Part shown: positions 33,162-43,022 of the stretch, piece by piece
Numbering within the stretch: the stretch's first letter is position 1
How the letters are laid out: the number at the start of each line of letters is the position of its first letter
Source: Myxococcales bacterium
Lineage (GTDB): Bacteria; Myxococcota_A; Polyangia; Polyangiales; DASUME01
Direction of reading: 5' to 3'
NCBI GenBank assembly: GCA_047601445.1
Contig: JASGJH010000001.1
Span: 5,504,001 to 5,568,000, forward strand
DNA length: 64,000 nt
Notes under the pieces: model-generated
Told to the model about the DNA's origin: nothing
What the model saw: only the letters and a program-made list of their open reading frames with translations
Databases searched by the model: none
Made by a program: the position numbers and the translations under genes

Positions 33162-33611
33162 ATGCCTGCGCCCCCGGTCCCACCGCCTCTACCACCTCCG
33201 CCTCCCGGCTCAGGTGGAGGCGCACAGGGTCCCGCCTCCAATCGGCCACGTATTTTGGTCGTGGAGGACGACGAAGATCTGCTGCGCATGATGCACCGCC
33301 TGCTGAGCTCCGTGGCCGATGTCGCCATGGCGGCCGATGGCGAATACGCCATGCAGATCCTGCAGCGCGGCCCGCTGCCTCAGCTCGTGGTCACGGATTG
33401 GATGATGCCCCGCAAGGATGGCCCCACCCTGGTAAAGGAGATGAAGGCCATCGAGAAGATGAAGAACATCCCGGTGGTCATCCTCACCGCCAAGACCGCC
33501 CCGCGCGACGTGATCGCCGGCATCAACTCGGGCGCCCGACACTACCTGACCAAGCCCTTCAAGCCCGACGAGCTGATCGGCAAGGTCAAGAAGATCCTCA
33601 AGCTGCCGTGA
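33162..33611 (+). CDS. Single-domain response regulator with Pro-rich N-terminus
   Basis: 'LVVEDD', 'TDWMMP', 'ILTAK', 'YLTKPF'. Confidence 0.9.
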   Translation: MPAPPVPPPLPPPPPGSGGGAQGPASNRPRILVVEDDEDLLRMMHRLLSSVADVAMAADGEYAMQILQRGPLPQLVVTDWMMPRKDGPTLVKEMKAIEKMKNIPVVILTAKTAPRDVIAGINSGARHYLTKPFKPDELIGKVKKILKLP

Positions 33612-33635
33612 GGCCGCCGACGTCTACTTGGTCAG

Positions 33636-33744
33636 GGACGTGAACTTTGACGGCGACGGTGTGCGTGAGCGCCATCGTCAAGCGTGAGAGCGGCCACGCA
33701 CACCGTCGCCGTCAAAGTCGCTGTCAAAGTCCACATTCACGTCC
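33636..33744. repeat. Long inverted repeat between convergent genes
   Basis: Perfect 24-bp arms at 33644-33667 and 33695-33718; outer arms ggacgtgaa / ttcacgtcc. Confidence 0.85.
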
Positions 33745-33790
33745 AAGCCCCCCCGCCCCGTCGCGTGGGCTCGGACGAAGTCTCGGCCCC

Positions 33791-34468
33791 TCAGCGCTTG
33801 CCGTACTCGAGCGTTCTGCCCTTGCGCTGCGCGTAGAGGTAGGACTCGAGTGCCCTCATGCGAGGGTCGTCCGCGGAGAGCGCAGTGCCGCGCACGGGAT
33901 GTTCGATGCACCAGTTGATCATGTCCCGCAGCAGGGCGACACGTCCGAGCTGCACCTGGTACTTGGGGTAGGTCTCGGGGTGCGTGTTGGCCGCATGCGG
34001 ATGGCACATGTCGCACGACACGGCCACTGTACTGCCCAGCTTGTCGGCGCTGTGGAACACCTCGGAGCCTGCCAGCGCGATGCGCTCCGTCTCGGCCTTC
34101 CAGAGCGCCACGTCGTGCTCCGAGATCTGACCGTAGGTATGGCCGTTGGTCATGCCGATCAGGGCTTTGTTGTCGGCCGCAGGCTGCAGCTCGTGCCTCT
34201 CACGCTCGTCGGCTTCCCAGTTCACGTTGGGGTTCTTGCGCAACCATTCGCTCATCAGGGCGCCCGCCACCGCGTGTCCGGAGGTCCCTTCGGCGGCGAA
34301 CGTGGTGGTCTTTCCATCGCACAGCATGACCTCCACGCCCTTGCTGCCCGGCGCCGGCTCGGCGACTTTGGGGGTCTCGGGCGCGGGGGCAGGAGCGGTC
34401 TCCTCGTGTGGCGCGCCACAAGCGAGGGCGCCTGCAAGCGCAATCAAGAATCCTGGAAGCTTGGCCAT
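33791..34468 (-). CDS. Monoheme c-type cytochrome lipoprotein (SoxA-like C-terminal region)
   Basis: Lipobox 'ALAC'; CXXCH 'CDMCH'; 'YPKY...DMINWCI'. Confidence 0.8.
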   Translation of the reverse strand: MAKLPGFLIALAGALACGAPHEETAPAPAPETPKVAEPAPGSKGVEVMLCDGKTTTFAAEGTSGHAVAGALMSEWLRKNPNVNWEADERERHELQPAADNKALIGMTNGHTYGQISEHDVALWKAETERIALAGSEVFHSADKLGSTVAVSCDMCHPHAANTHPETYPKYQVQLGRVALLRDMINWCIEHPVRGTALSADDPRMRALESYLYAQRKGRTLEYGKR

Positions 34469-34478
34469 GACGACCCTT

Positions 34479-35621
34479 TCAGTAACTCGGGAGGTTGGGC
34501 ACGACCGGCTTGTCGAGCTTGCCCGAGCTGGCCAGGTAGGTGCTCTTCACGGTCATGGGGTTGCGATTCCAGAGGTTGTAGAGCTTGTCGACGAGACCGT
34601 CGGGGTGCACCAGCACGGCGCCGTTGCCGCAGCCGTCGTTCGGATTGAACGGATCGGGGCGGGCCATCTGGATGGTGTAGTTGGGCAAGCCCTCGGGCGC
34701 GTAGGGCCAGGGCCAAGCCGTGGACAACATGCCGTGGAAATGGATGTTCCCGAGGCGATTGGTGAGCTGTTGATGCGTATGACCGTGAATCACGGTGGCG
34801 CGCTGGAATTTCTTGAGCAAGGCCTGCACCTGCTCGGCGTCATCGGTCCAGAAGTTCCAGGGGCGGTAGAGTTTATAGAGCGGTGAATGGGAGAACACGA
34901 TGAGCGGCGTGGACGCGGGGACCTTGGCCAGATCCTGCGTCAGCCAACCGCGCTGCTCCTCGCCCACCATGAATCGGCTCTGCACGCCGTTATCGAGCCC
35001 GGCCACGGTCTGCATGCGCTCCATGGGCGTCATGTTGCGCCGGGTCCAGAAGTCCTCCTGCAGGATGCTGTTCAACACCACGAAGTGAACGCCCTTGTGG
35101 TCGAAGGAGTAGGTGGGTTCGCCGAATAGCTCGCGCCACTTCTGCCCCATGTCGAGGAACCAGTCGTGCTCGCCCACCATCATTCGCACGGGTGCCTTGA
35201 GGTTCTTGAGGATCTGGGCCCCGAGCTCGAGCTCCTTGGCCTGGCCGAGCTGTGCGAGATCGCCGCCGAAGAGCACGAAGTCGGGCTGCGGATCGAGCGC
35301 GTTCACGTCGTCGACGGCGCGCATGAGGGCGTTGATGAAGCGATCGTTGAGGGTGCGCTCGTAGAGATGGGAATCGGAGATATATGCGAAGCGAAAGCTC
35401 TCGAGCTTGCCCGCCGGGGTCTGCGCGTGCGCCACGGTGACGGGCTGGAAGGAGTGGGGCGGCAACAGGCCCTTGGCGGCCACGATGCCCGCGACGGCGG
35501 CCGAGACCTTGAGGAACGCTCGCCGATCCAGGTGTGAGAGCCCCTGAAAGAGCGCGTCGCGCTCCGCCATGTGCTTGGTCTCGATGCTGGGAAATCCGAG
35601 TGGCTTCTTGCGCGACGGCAT
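34479..35621 (-). CDS. Tat-exported calcineurin-like metallophosphoesterase
   Basis: Twin-Arg 'DRRAFLK'; 'SDSH', 'GGDL', 'GEHD', 'HGHTH'. Confidence 0.9.
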   Translation of the reverse strand: MPSRKKPLGFPSIETKHMAERDALFQGLSHLDRRAFLKVSAAVAGIVAAKGLLPPHSFQPVTVAHAQTPAGKLESFRFAYISDSHLYERTLNDRFINALMRAVDDVNALDPQPDFVLFGGDLAQLGQAKELELGAQILKNLKAPVRMMVGEHDWFLDMGQKWRELFGEPTYSFDHKGVHFVVLNSILQEDFWTRRNMTPMERMQTVAGLDNGVQSRFMVGEEQRGWLTQDLAKVPASTPLIVFSHSPLYKLYRPWNFWTDDAEQVQALLKKFQRATVIHGHTHQQLTNRLGNIHFHGMLSTAWPWPYAPEGLPNYTIQMARPDPFNPNDGCGNGAVLVHPDGLVDKLYNLWNRNPMTVKSTYLASSGKLDKPVVPNLPSY

Positions 35622-35626
35622 GGGCT

Positions 35627-37015
35627 TCACTTGCTTTCCGTATTGCTCGCGGGCGAGTCCGCCCGCTTCGACTTGTGCAGGTTGTTCGCGCGGTCCTCGA
35701 ACAGGAACTTCCTGCGCGAAGCGAGGGCTTCGTCGCGCATGGGACGCTGCTTGTTGGCGAGCGCCCGTTGGCGCGCTTCTTCGGTGCGGTTCTGCTCGGC
35801 CAGGCGCTGGTCGGTGAGCGAGAACATGAAGGCCACCAGCTGGTCGATCTCGCGTTCGCTGAGGTTGAGGGGCTCCATGCCGCCGTCGAGGAAGGGGTTG
35901 GCCTCGCCGCCCTTGTTGTAGTGATCCATTACGTCCCACAGCGTCGCGAGCGAACCGTCGTGCATGTAGGGGGCGGTGATGCCCACGTTGCGCAGCTGGG
36001 CGGTGCGGAAGGCGCCGATCTCCGAGCGATTGCGCGTGACGATGAAGCGCCCGAGCTCACTCAGGTTGGTCTGCAGTGCGAGTTCGTCCAGGGCCTCCCG
36101 GGAGTCGTTCTTTTCGAGCGCCGCCAGGCCTTTCTTCACCAGGTCCTCGAAGTCTTGATGACGCGCGGACACGCCGATGTTGTGGAAGCGACTGTCGCTG
36201 CCGATGGGGCTCGAGCTGCTCATCTGATGACACGCCGTGCAGCGCGCCTTGCCGTGGAAGAGCGCGAAGCCGGCCTTGGCGTCATCGCTGATGGCGTTGA
36301 CGTCACCCTGCGCGAAGCGGTCGAAGGGCGCGTCGAGGAAGACCAGGGTGCGCTCGAAGCTGGCGATGGCGACCGCGAGATCGTCGAAGTTCGGGGCGCG
36401 CGCGAAGGCCGCCTGGAAGGCCTTCTGATACTCGGGGTTCTCGGCGATGGCGGCGACCGCCGCGTTGCCGTCAGGCTGGCCCATCTCGATGGGGTTGGTA
36501 ATGGGGAGCTTGGCCTGCTCCTCGAGGCTCGGCGCGCGTCCGTCCCAGAACTGCGTCTGCAAGAACAGCGCGTTGAGCGTGGTGGGCGCGTTGCGCCTGC
36601 CGATCTGATCGCCGATGCCCTCCGAGGTCCCGCGGCGATCGCTGAAGCCCCGGCTCGCGTCGTGACAGGTGGCGCACGCCACGCTGCCGTCCTTGGAGAG
36701 GCGCGGCTCGAAGAAGAGCGCCTTGCCGAGCGCCACCACGGCTTCGTTGTTGGGCAGCTGAGCCGGCGCGATGCTCTGGGAAAACTGCGGTGAAACGCCC
36801 GGCGGCACGCTCACGGTGGGCTTGAGCCAGGTGGAGATCATGGCGAGCTGATCGCTCATGGGGAGTGCGCCGTGGGGCGCACTGGCGCGCTTGTCGTCGG
36901 CGCGCGCGTGCTCGAGGGGAGCACCGGAGCACAAGCAGAAGAGCCCTCCGAGCAGAAGCGGGCGGGTACACCCGCGAGCAAAACGTCCAACCGACAGCAG
37001 GAACGTGGGCGTCAT
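35627..37015 (-). CDS. Diheme cytochrome c peroxidase / MauG superfamily protein
   Basis: CATCH and CTACH; 'RNAPT', 'QFWDGRA', 'LRNVGITAPYMHDG'; signal peptide. Confidence 0.92.
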   Translation of the reverse strand: MTPTFLLSVGRFARGCTRPLLLGGLFCLCSGAPLEHARADDKRASAPHGALPMSDQLAMISTWLKPTVSVPPGVSPQFSQSIAPAQLPNNEAVVALGKALFFEPRLSKDGSVACATCHDASRGFSDRRGTSEGIGDQIGRRNAPTTLNALFLQTQFWDGRAPSLEEQAKLPITNPIEMGQPDGNAAVAAIAENPEYQKAFQAAFARAPNFDDLAVAIASFERTLVFLDAPFDRFAQGDVNAISDDAKAGFALFHGKARCTACHQMSSSSPIGSDSRFHNIGVSARHQDFEDLVKKGLAALEKNDSREALDELALQTNLSELGRFIVTRNRSEIGAFRTAQLRNVGITAPYMHDGSLATLWDVMDHYNKGGEANPFLDGGMEPLNLSEREIDQLVAFMFSLTDQRLAEQNRTEEARQRALANKQRPMRDEALASRRKFLFEDRANNLHKSKRADSPASNTESK

Positions 37016-37203
37016 CGGCACCTCGCTCAACATGCCGTGCAAGAGGCACGCGCGTGTTGCTCGTGCCCCTTGGATAGCGCGCAGGCCGTGCCGAAAGCCA
37101 GCTCGTTTCAACGACCCGCTCTGCTTTCCACATGCACTAGATCCCGTTTGGGAAGCGCCGGAAAAAGCGGGCTCGTCCTAACCTGGTGCTACGCCACGAG
37201 CGC

Positions 37204-38103
37204 TCAGTGCCCTGGCGCGTGATCGTCGCCGGCGTCGAGCGAGTACAGGACGGTGACTTGATGCGTGACGGTGAGCTCACCGCGCTCCACGGGCATGCTG
37301 CCACCACCCGCCGCCATGTCGGCGCGCGCCGCAGCGAACATCGGCATGGGTCCGGCCGCTGCCGCGCCGTCGGTGATGGCGACGATGGGTCCGAGCTTCA
37401 CGCCCGTGAGCTGCTGCAGCTGCTCCGCGACTTGCTTGGCGTGGGCCACGGCCTTGGCGCGCGCGTCGGCCACGAGGGGCTTGGTGTCCTCCACCTCGAA
37501 GCTGATACCCCAGAGCTGATTCGCGCCCGCGTTGGTAGCGGCCGACAGCACCTGGGATGCGCGGTTGAGATCGCGGATGGTGACCTCCACCATGTTGCTC
37601 ACGCGATAGAAGCCCTCGGGCACTGCTGCGGGCGCGGGCGCGACCACGGCGGTCGGGGCGACCTTGCCAGCGCCGGCCTTGGCGGGCGCGGCTTCCACGG
37701 GGGCGGGCGGTGCGGGCGGCGGCTGATACTCGCGCTCGAAGCTGACCGAGAGGCTGTGGGTACGCAGGTCGGACTCGGCGATCCCGGCCGCCTTGAGCGC
37801 GGAGATCACGGCCGCCATGCGCTGGTTGGCCTCTGCGGTGGCCTGGTCGGCCTGGGCCGCTCGCGCCTCTACGCCTACATTGGTGCGCGCGATGTTGGGG
37901 GCCGTCTTCACCTCTCCAACGCCGACCACGCTGATGCCCGACATGCCCATTCCACCCTTTCCGAAGGCTCCGTGGTGATGGTGGCCGTGAGCGTGCCCGT
38001 GGGCGCACCCAACGGAGCCCAGGGCGAGGGCCGAAAGGGCCAGGGCCATGCTCGGAATCGCGCGGATCCGCGCGCGGGTAAAACCATGCTTTTGAAGCTT
38101 CAT
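37204..38103 (-). CDS. SIMPL (DUF541) domain lipoprotein with His-rich N-terminus
   Basis: 'ISVVGVGEVKTAP', 'ARAKAVAHAKQVAEQL...GVKLG'; lipobox 'SVGC' followed by HGHAHGHHHH. Confidence 0.88.
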   Translation of the reverse strand: MKLQKHGFTRARIRAIPSMALALSALALGSVGCAHGHAHGHHHHGAFGKGGMGMSGISVVGVGEVKTAPNIARTNVGVEARAAQADQATAEANQRMAAVISALKAAGIAESDLRTHSLSVSFEREYQPPPAPPAPVEAAPAKAGAGKVAPTAVVAPAPAAVPEGFYRVSNMVEVTIRDLNRASQVLSAATNAGANQLWGISFEVEDTKPLVADARAKAVAHAKQVAEQLQQLTGVKLGPIVAITDGAAAAGPMPMFAAARADMAAGGGSMPVERGELTVTHQVTVLYSLDAGDDHAPGH

Positions 38104-38145
38104 CAGGGCTGTCTTCCTTTCCCGAAGTTCGTACTCTAACGCCTC

Positions 38146-41100
38146 ATGCCTTGGCGCCCATTTCCCTTGCCCACACTCTGCGCCTGCCTGAGCGTTTGCT
38201 TGGTGGCCGTAGCCTGTGGGGCCCGTGTCGAGAAGGACCCTGCGATGTCCGTGCCTGGGGCCAAGGGGGCAGGACTCACCAATACGCGACCGCGCCCCGC
38301 GAACTGCCCCGAACGCGCGCCCGCAGCGCGCGAATTGCCGAACACCTTTCCCGAACTTTCCCAGCTGGACTACTGGCTCTCGCGCAGCACGCCCGAGCAG
38401 CTCGATGAACCACTGCTCTCCCCGGGCGCGGCAAAAAGTCACGATGTGGCATTGCGCACGAGCGCAGAGGGCGCCCCGCGCAGCGTGGATCTGACCCGCA
38501 CCCTGAGCAGCGACGAGCTCGCAACCGAACTCACGGCGCGCTTCGCGGCCTTCGCGCCCCGCTTCGAGTCGGGCGAATTGGTGGCCGTGAGCGAGCCCGC
38601 GGAACACGCCGCCCAGCTCAAGATCGATCCTAAGCAGAACTTCCGCGAGGCACGTAGCTTGGTGGTGGCGCTCTCGCCCGTGGAGCTCCATTGCTTGCCC
38701 TTCACCACCAAGGTGGTGTCGACCACCGGCAACCCTCGCTTCGACCGTAACCGCTGCAGCCACGCGCGGGCTCAGGAGCCCATCGAGGTTCTCGGCCAGT
38801 ACGGCAGCAAGTTGCGCGTGGCGCGCACCCGCTATGCCTGGGGCTTCATCACCGACGACGCCGCGCTCTCCGCGCCCGTGCCTGCCAACCTGGTCGATAC
38901 CTACCGACGCGCGGAGCACGAGCTCACGCTGGTCTCGCCTCTGACCCATGGTGGTAAGACCTTGCCGGTGGGCACGCTGCTACCTGCGGCCAGCAACGAG
39001 GTGCGCTCGGCCAAGGAAGCCGCGGCGGATCAGGAGGCCTGGCTGGCCGACAAACAGGGCTTCGAGCGCACCAAGCTGGCCTCGGCGCAGGCCCAGCCCA
39101 CGGCGAGGCCGCTCACGCGCAGGGCGTTCTTGACCGACGCGTTCCAGTACGTGAACTCGCCCTACGGTTGGGGAGACGAGAACGGCGGACGCGATTGCTC
39201 CCGCCTCGTGCTCGACGTGCTCACGCAGTTCGGTCTGCATGTGCCGCGTACCAGCGGGGAGCAGGGCGCCGCGGGTCTCTACACGGTGGACGTGCCCGCC
39301 GACGCCAACGAGACCGAACGCCTCGGCCTACTCGAGGCTGCGAACGCGCGTGGCCTCGTGTTGATTCACCTGCCTGGTCACATCATGGTCTATCTGGGTC
39401 GCGATCACCTCGGGACGCCGCGCGTGTTGCACTCGTTCGCGGAGTATCTCGCGCCGTGCCCGGAAGGAAACGAGACGCTGTTCGAAGTGGGACGCGTGGG
39501 CGTGACCGACCTGTCGCTGGGCAAGGGCACGAGCCGCCGCTCGTTCCTGGAGCGCTTCACGCGGCTCACGGTGTTCGGCAGGCCGCCGGACCACACCTTG
39601 CTCGCGTTGAGCAAGTTCCGCCGCCCCCTGCCCCCGAGCAACCTGCAGGTACCCGAGGATTGCCATGACTCGGTGGACATCGCGCTCTTCCGTAGCCCGC
39701 GCGAGCCGCACGCGGGCGCGCCCCTGCGCGTGATCGCGGCCACGCAGAACGACACGCGTCCGGCCGGTCTGTGGCTGATCGATCCCAAAGGACAGCTGGT
39801 GTCGCCCGAGGTGCACGAGCTCGGCGTGGGTCCCTATGCGCGCTTCGTGGAGGTGGACGCGCCAACGCCCGGACGTTGGACCGCGCTGCTTTCGGACGGC
39901 GACCGCACTCTGGCCTGTGAGCGGATTCGTGTGGCTGACAAGGCCCCCGCGAGCACACCGCGTGCAGCCGGCGCGCCCGCCTGGCCTAGCAAGGTGGCCT
40001 GGGAGCGCGACACCGAGAACCTGTACTCGGCCTTCGTGGAGCAGCTCTTCTCGCAGCCCCTGGCGGATCTCGGCAGCTGGCCCTCGTTGACGCCCTTGCT
40101 CGCCGATCGCACCAGCAACCTCCTGTTCGACCACCTCGGAAAGCAGGAAGACAGCCGCCTCAAGCTGGCTCCCGACTGCGCCGATCTGCCCTATTTCCTG
40201 CGTGGCTACTTCGCCTGGAAGCTCGGCCTGCCCTTCGGCTATCGGCCCTGCAGCCGCGGGCGCGCAGGCGTGGCCCCGCGCTGCGGCGACCTGGTGAGCA
40301 ATGCATTGCCCATCGAAGCCGAAGACGACGTGAAGGCGTTCGACATGTTCGTGCGTCAGCGCGTGGGCTCCGGCGTGCACTCGGCCTCGGCACGCACGCT
40401 GCCGACCGACGAGGCGACCGACCTGTATCCGCTGCCCTTCAGCCGTGAGGCCATCAAGCCGGGCAGTGTGTTCGCCGACCCCTACGGACACACCATCGTG
40501 GTGGCCAAGTGGGTGCCCCAGGGCTGGCACGGCGCGGGCATGTTGATTGGAGCGGACGCGCAGCCGGACGCCACCGTGGCCCGCCGACGCTTCTGGCGCG
40601 GCAACTTCCTGTTCACGCCCGACACGCGCGATGTGGGCGCCGGATTCAAGGCGTTTCGACCGCTGGTGGAGAACCACGAGACCGACACCATCGAAGCGCT
40701 CGGCGCCACGGCGCTGGCCTCGAACGGAAACTTCCCGCTGCCAGCGTTGGCGCAGTACGAAGGCAGCCAAGATGACTTCTACGCGCGCATGGACGAGCTG
40801 ATCTATCCGCGCGCGGTGGGCCTCGCGGATCGCTTGGAGCAGTTGGTGAGCGCACTCTCCGAGCAAGTGGAGCGCCGCGTGGAAGCCATCGACGTCGGCG
40901 AGCAAGGCATCGGTCCTGGCATGCGACCGGTGACCATGCCCGAGGGATATGCGGTGTTCGAGACAACCGGCGCCTGGGAAGACTTCGCCACGCCCTCGCG
41001 CGATATGCGCCTGTTGATCGCCATCGACGCGGTGCGAGCATTGCCGGGCGATGTGGCCAAGCGTCCAGAGCGCTATGGCATCGATCCCGCGCAGCGCGAG

Positions 41101-41391
41101 CAGGCCCGCCTCGACCTCGAAACCAAGCTCAGCGGAGCCCTGGGTGCGCGCCGCTTCGCCTACACACGCAGCGACGGCTCACGCTTCGAGCTCTCGCTGA
41201 GCGACGTGGTCGCGCGCTCGGAGGCCCTCGAGTTGGCCTACAACCCGAACGACTGCCCCGAGCTACGCTGGGCCGCCCCTGCAAGCAGCGACGAACTCGC
41301 CACCTGCAAGCGACACGCCCCCGCCGAGCAACGCACACGCATGGAGCGCTACCGAGCGTGGTTCCACGACCGCGCCCGCCCGCCCCGTTGA
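38146..41391 (+). CDS. Large NlpC/P60 lipoprotein with a second putative papain-like domain
   Basis: Lipobox 'AVAC'; 'PYGWG..GRDCS...GHIMVY...LH'; later 'DCADLPY...GHT'. Confidence 0.8.
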   Translation: MPWRPFPLPTLCACLSVCLVAVACGARVEKDPAMSVPGAKGAGLTNTRPRPANCPERAPAARELPNTFPELSQLDYWLSRSTPEQLDEPLLSPGAAKSHDVALRTSAEGAPRSVDLTRTLSSDELATELTARFAAFAPRFESGELVAVSEPAEHAAQLKIDPKQNFREARSLVVALSPVELHCLPFTTKVVSTTGNPRFDRNRCSHARAQEPIEVLGQYGSKLRVARTRYAWGFITDDAALSAPVPANLVDTYRRAEHELTLVSPLTHGGKTLPVGTLLPAASNEVRSAKEAAADQEAWLADKQGFERTKLASAQAQPTARPLTRRAFLTDAFQYVNSPYGWGDENGGRDCSRLVLDVLTQFGLHVPRTSGEQGAAGLYTVDVPADANETERLGLLEAANARGLVLIHLPGHIMVYLGRDHLGTPRVLHSFAEYLAPCPEGNETLFEVGRVGVTDLSLGKGTSRRSFLERFTRLTVFGRPPDHTLLALSKFRRPLPPSNLQVPEDCHDSVDIALFRSPREPHAGAPLRVIAATQNDTRPAGLWLIDPKGQLVSPEVHELGVGPYARFVEVDAPTPGRWTALLSDGDRTLACERIRVADKAPASTPRAAGAPAWPSKVAWERDTENLYSAFVEQLFSQPLADLGSWPSLTPLLADRTSNLLFDHLGKQEDSRLKLAPDCADLPYFLRGYFAWKLGLPFGYRPCSRGRAGVAPRCGDLVSNALPIEAEDDVKAFDMFVRQRVGSGVHSASARTLPTDEATDLYPLPFSREAIKPGSVFADPYGHTIVVAKWVPQGWHGAGMLIGADAQPDATVARRRFWRGNFLFTPDTRDVGAGFKAFRPLVENHETDTIEALGATALASNGNFPLPALAQYEGSQDDFYARMDELIYPRAVGLADRLEQLVSALSEQVERRVEAIDVGEQGIGPGMRPVTMPEGYAVFETTGAWEDFATPSRDMRLLIAIDAVRALPGDVAKRPERYGIDPAQREQARLDLETKLSGALGARRFAYTRSDGSRFELSLSDVVARSEALELAYNPNDCPELRWAAPASSDELATCKRHAPAEQRTRMERYRAWFHDRARPPR

Positions 41392-41392
41392 A

Positions 41393-42157
41393 TCAGCTTT
41401 GCTTGGGTGTCCCGCGATAACCCGGGATTTCGCTCACGTCGACCTCGGTGTGGCGCAGGCGATCTTGGATCCTCTCCTCGTGCTCCGAGGCGTCCTTGTG
41501 GACCCGGATCTCCTCCACCACGTGCGCGCGCTTGGTGATGTAGGGTTCCTCGGCGCTGGCCTTTAGCTCGTAGGCGCGGTCCTGAAATGCCGCGTCGCGT
41601 TCGGCGACCGGCCGATCGATGGTGCGCCGCTCGATGCGCACGTGCTCCTCGCGAATGGTGACCGTCTTCTCCACCGGAACGGATCGCACGTGGGTGGACA
41701 CGCGCACGCCGCCTGACTCGACCACGCGTTTTCCGACCTCGAGTTCTTCCGCCACGACGGGGATCACCAGATCGTCGGTGTCCTCATAGCGCGCCGAGCG
41801 AGCCTGCATGATGGCCTGGGCGTCGGCCTCTTTGCCGTCCTCCACCAGGACGGCCTCGAGTGTTCCGCCGCGGCGCAAGGTGTCGATGCAACGTTGGGCA
41901 TCGTTGCGAGAGACACCGAGCCGCACCAGCGCGCCCGCGATGCCGCCCGGACTCTTGAGCCAGGTGAGCATCGGCTGATTGGCTGCGGCCCTGCCGATCT
42001 CCGGCAATTCGAGCTGGCTCAGCCCGGCTGTGGCGTGCGCTCCCTGCGCAGAAGACAAGAGCCCTACCCTGTCCGCGGTGAGCCCCATCTTGGAGAAGTC
42101 CCCGAGCGTGCTCGTGGCGTCGCCGAAGTTGTTGAAGAGGCCAATGACCGTTTTCAT
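41393..42157 (-). CDS. YsnF/AvaK (DUF2382) domain protein
   Basis: 'IPVVAEELEVGKRVVESGGVRV', 'VVEEIRVHK'. Confidence 0.88.
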   Translation of the reverse strand: MKTVIGLFNNFGDATSTLGDFSKMGLTADRVGLLSSAQGAHATAGLSQLELPEIGRAAANQPMLTWLKSPGGIAGALVRLGVSRNDAQRCIDTLRRGGTLEAVLVEDGKEADAQAIMQARSARYEDTDDLVIPVVAEELEVGKRVVESGGVRVSTHVRSVPVEKTVTIREEHVRIERRTIDRPVAERDAAFQDRAYELKASAEEPYITKRAHVVEEIRVHKDASEHEERIQDRLRHTEVDVSEIPGYRGTPKQS

Positions 42158-42169
42158 GTTCGCTCCCTC

Positions 42170-42967
42170 CTATGTGCGGTCTCGAGTGTGGAGCCTGGAA
42201 GGCAACTCGGTCACCTCCGCCTCGGTGTGTCGCAGCGTGTCGCGCACCTTCTCGGTACGCTCGGTGATGTTCTTGGTGATGAAGATCTCCTCCACCACAT
42301 GGGCTCGCTTGCCCACGATGGGCACCTCCGACAGCGCCTTCATCTCGAAGCTCCCGTCACGGAAGCGCGCGTCAGCCTCGGCCGCAGTGAGCGGGCGATC
42401 GATGGGGCGTCGCTCGACCGTGACGCGCTCATCGCGCAGGCGAACCGACTTCTCCACGGGTCGCTCCGCCATGTGAGATTGCACGCGCACGCCGCCGGAC
42501 TCCACGACGCGCTTGCCTACCTCGAGCTCCTCGTCGACGATGGGGATGATCAGGTCGGCCTCGTCGATGCGACGGGTCGGCACGATCTCGGCAGTCCTCA
42601 CTGCGCGCGGTGCGGTCGCCACGGGAGCAGTTGCCACTGGAGCGGGCGCGGGTGCCTGGCGCGGCTGGGGCTGCGGCGGGGCGGCGACCGCGCGCGGTGA
42701 CGGCGGGGCGGCGACCGTACGCGGGGCAGTCTGTCGGGTGATGTTGCCCAAGGTGACGATGCCATCCCCGATGAATACGTCGTGGGCAGGGAACTTGCGG
42801 CCGTCGGTCAGCACCACCTGCGTCACGTACTGCGTGTCGGTGTCCACGATGAGCTCGTCGACGGTACCGAGCAGGTTGCCGACGTCATCGCGCAAGGGCC
42901 AGCCGCGCACGTCTTCTTCGTTTCGGTCGAGCTCCCACGAAGGGAGCCGCGAAAGAGCGCCTAACAT
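42170..42967 (-). CDS. PRC-barrel plus YsnF/AvaK (DUF2382) domain protein
   Basis: 'DVRGWPL...GTVDELIVD'; 'IPIVDEELEVGKR'. Confidence 0.85.
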   Translation of the reverse strand: MLGALSRLPSWELDRNEEDVRGWPLRDDVGNLLGTVDELIVDTDTQYVTQVVLTDGRKFPAHDVFIGDGIVTLGNITRQTAPRTVAAPPSPRAVAAPPQPQPRQAPAPAPVATAPVATAPRAVRTAEIVPTRRIDEADLIIPIVDEELEVGKRVVESGGVRVQSHMAERPVEKSVRLRDERVTVERRPIDRPLTAAEADARFRDGSFEMKALSEVPIVGKRAHVVEEIFITKNITERTEKVRDTLRHTEAEVTELPSRLHTRDRT

Positions 42968-43022
42968 TGGAGCCTCCTTTACTTGGCTTCTAAAGTCGCT
43001 TCGACTCGTGCAGCTAGCTTGC

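Noticed and set aside
37204..38949. 581-aa extension of the SIMPL ORF
   Set aside because: The extra N-terminus is antisense to the NlpC/P60 gene; a signal peptide follows the ATG at 38103.
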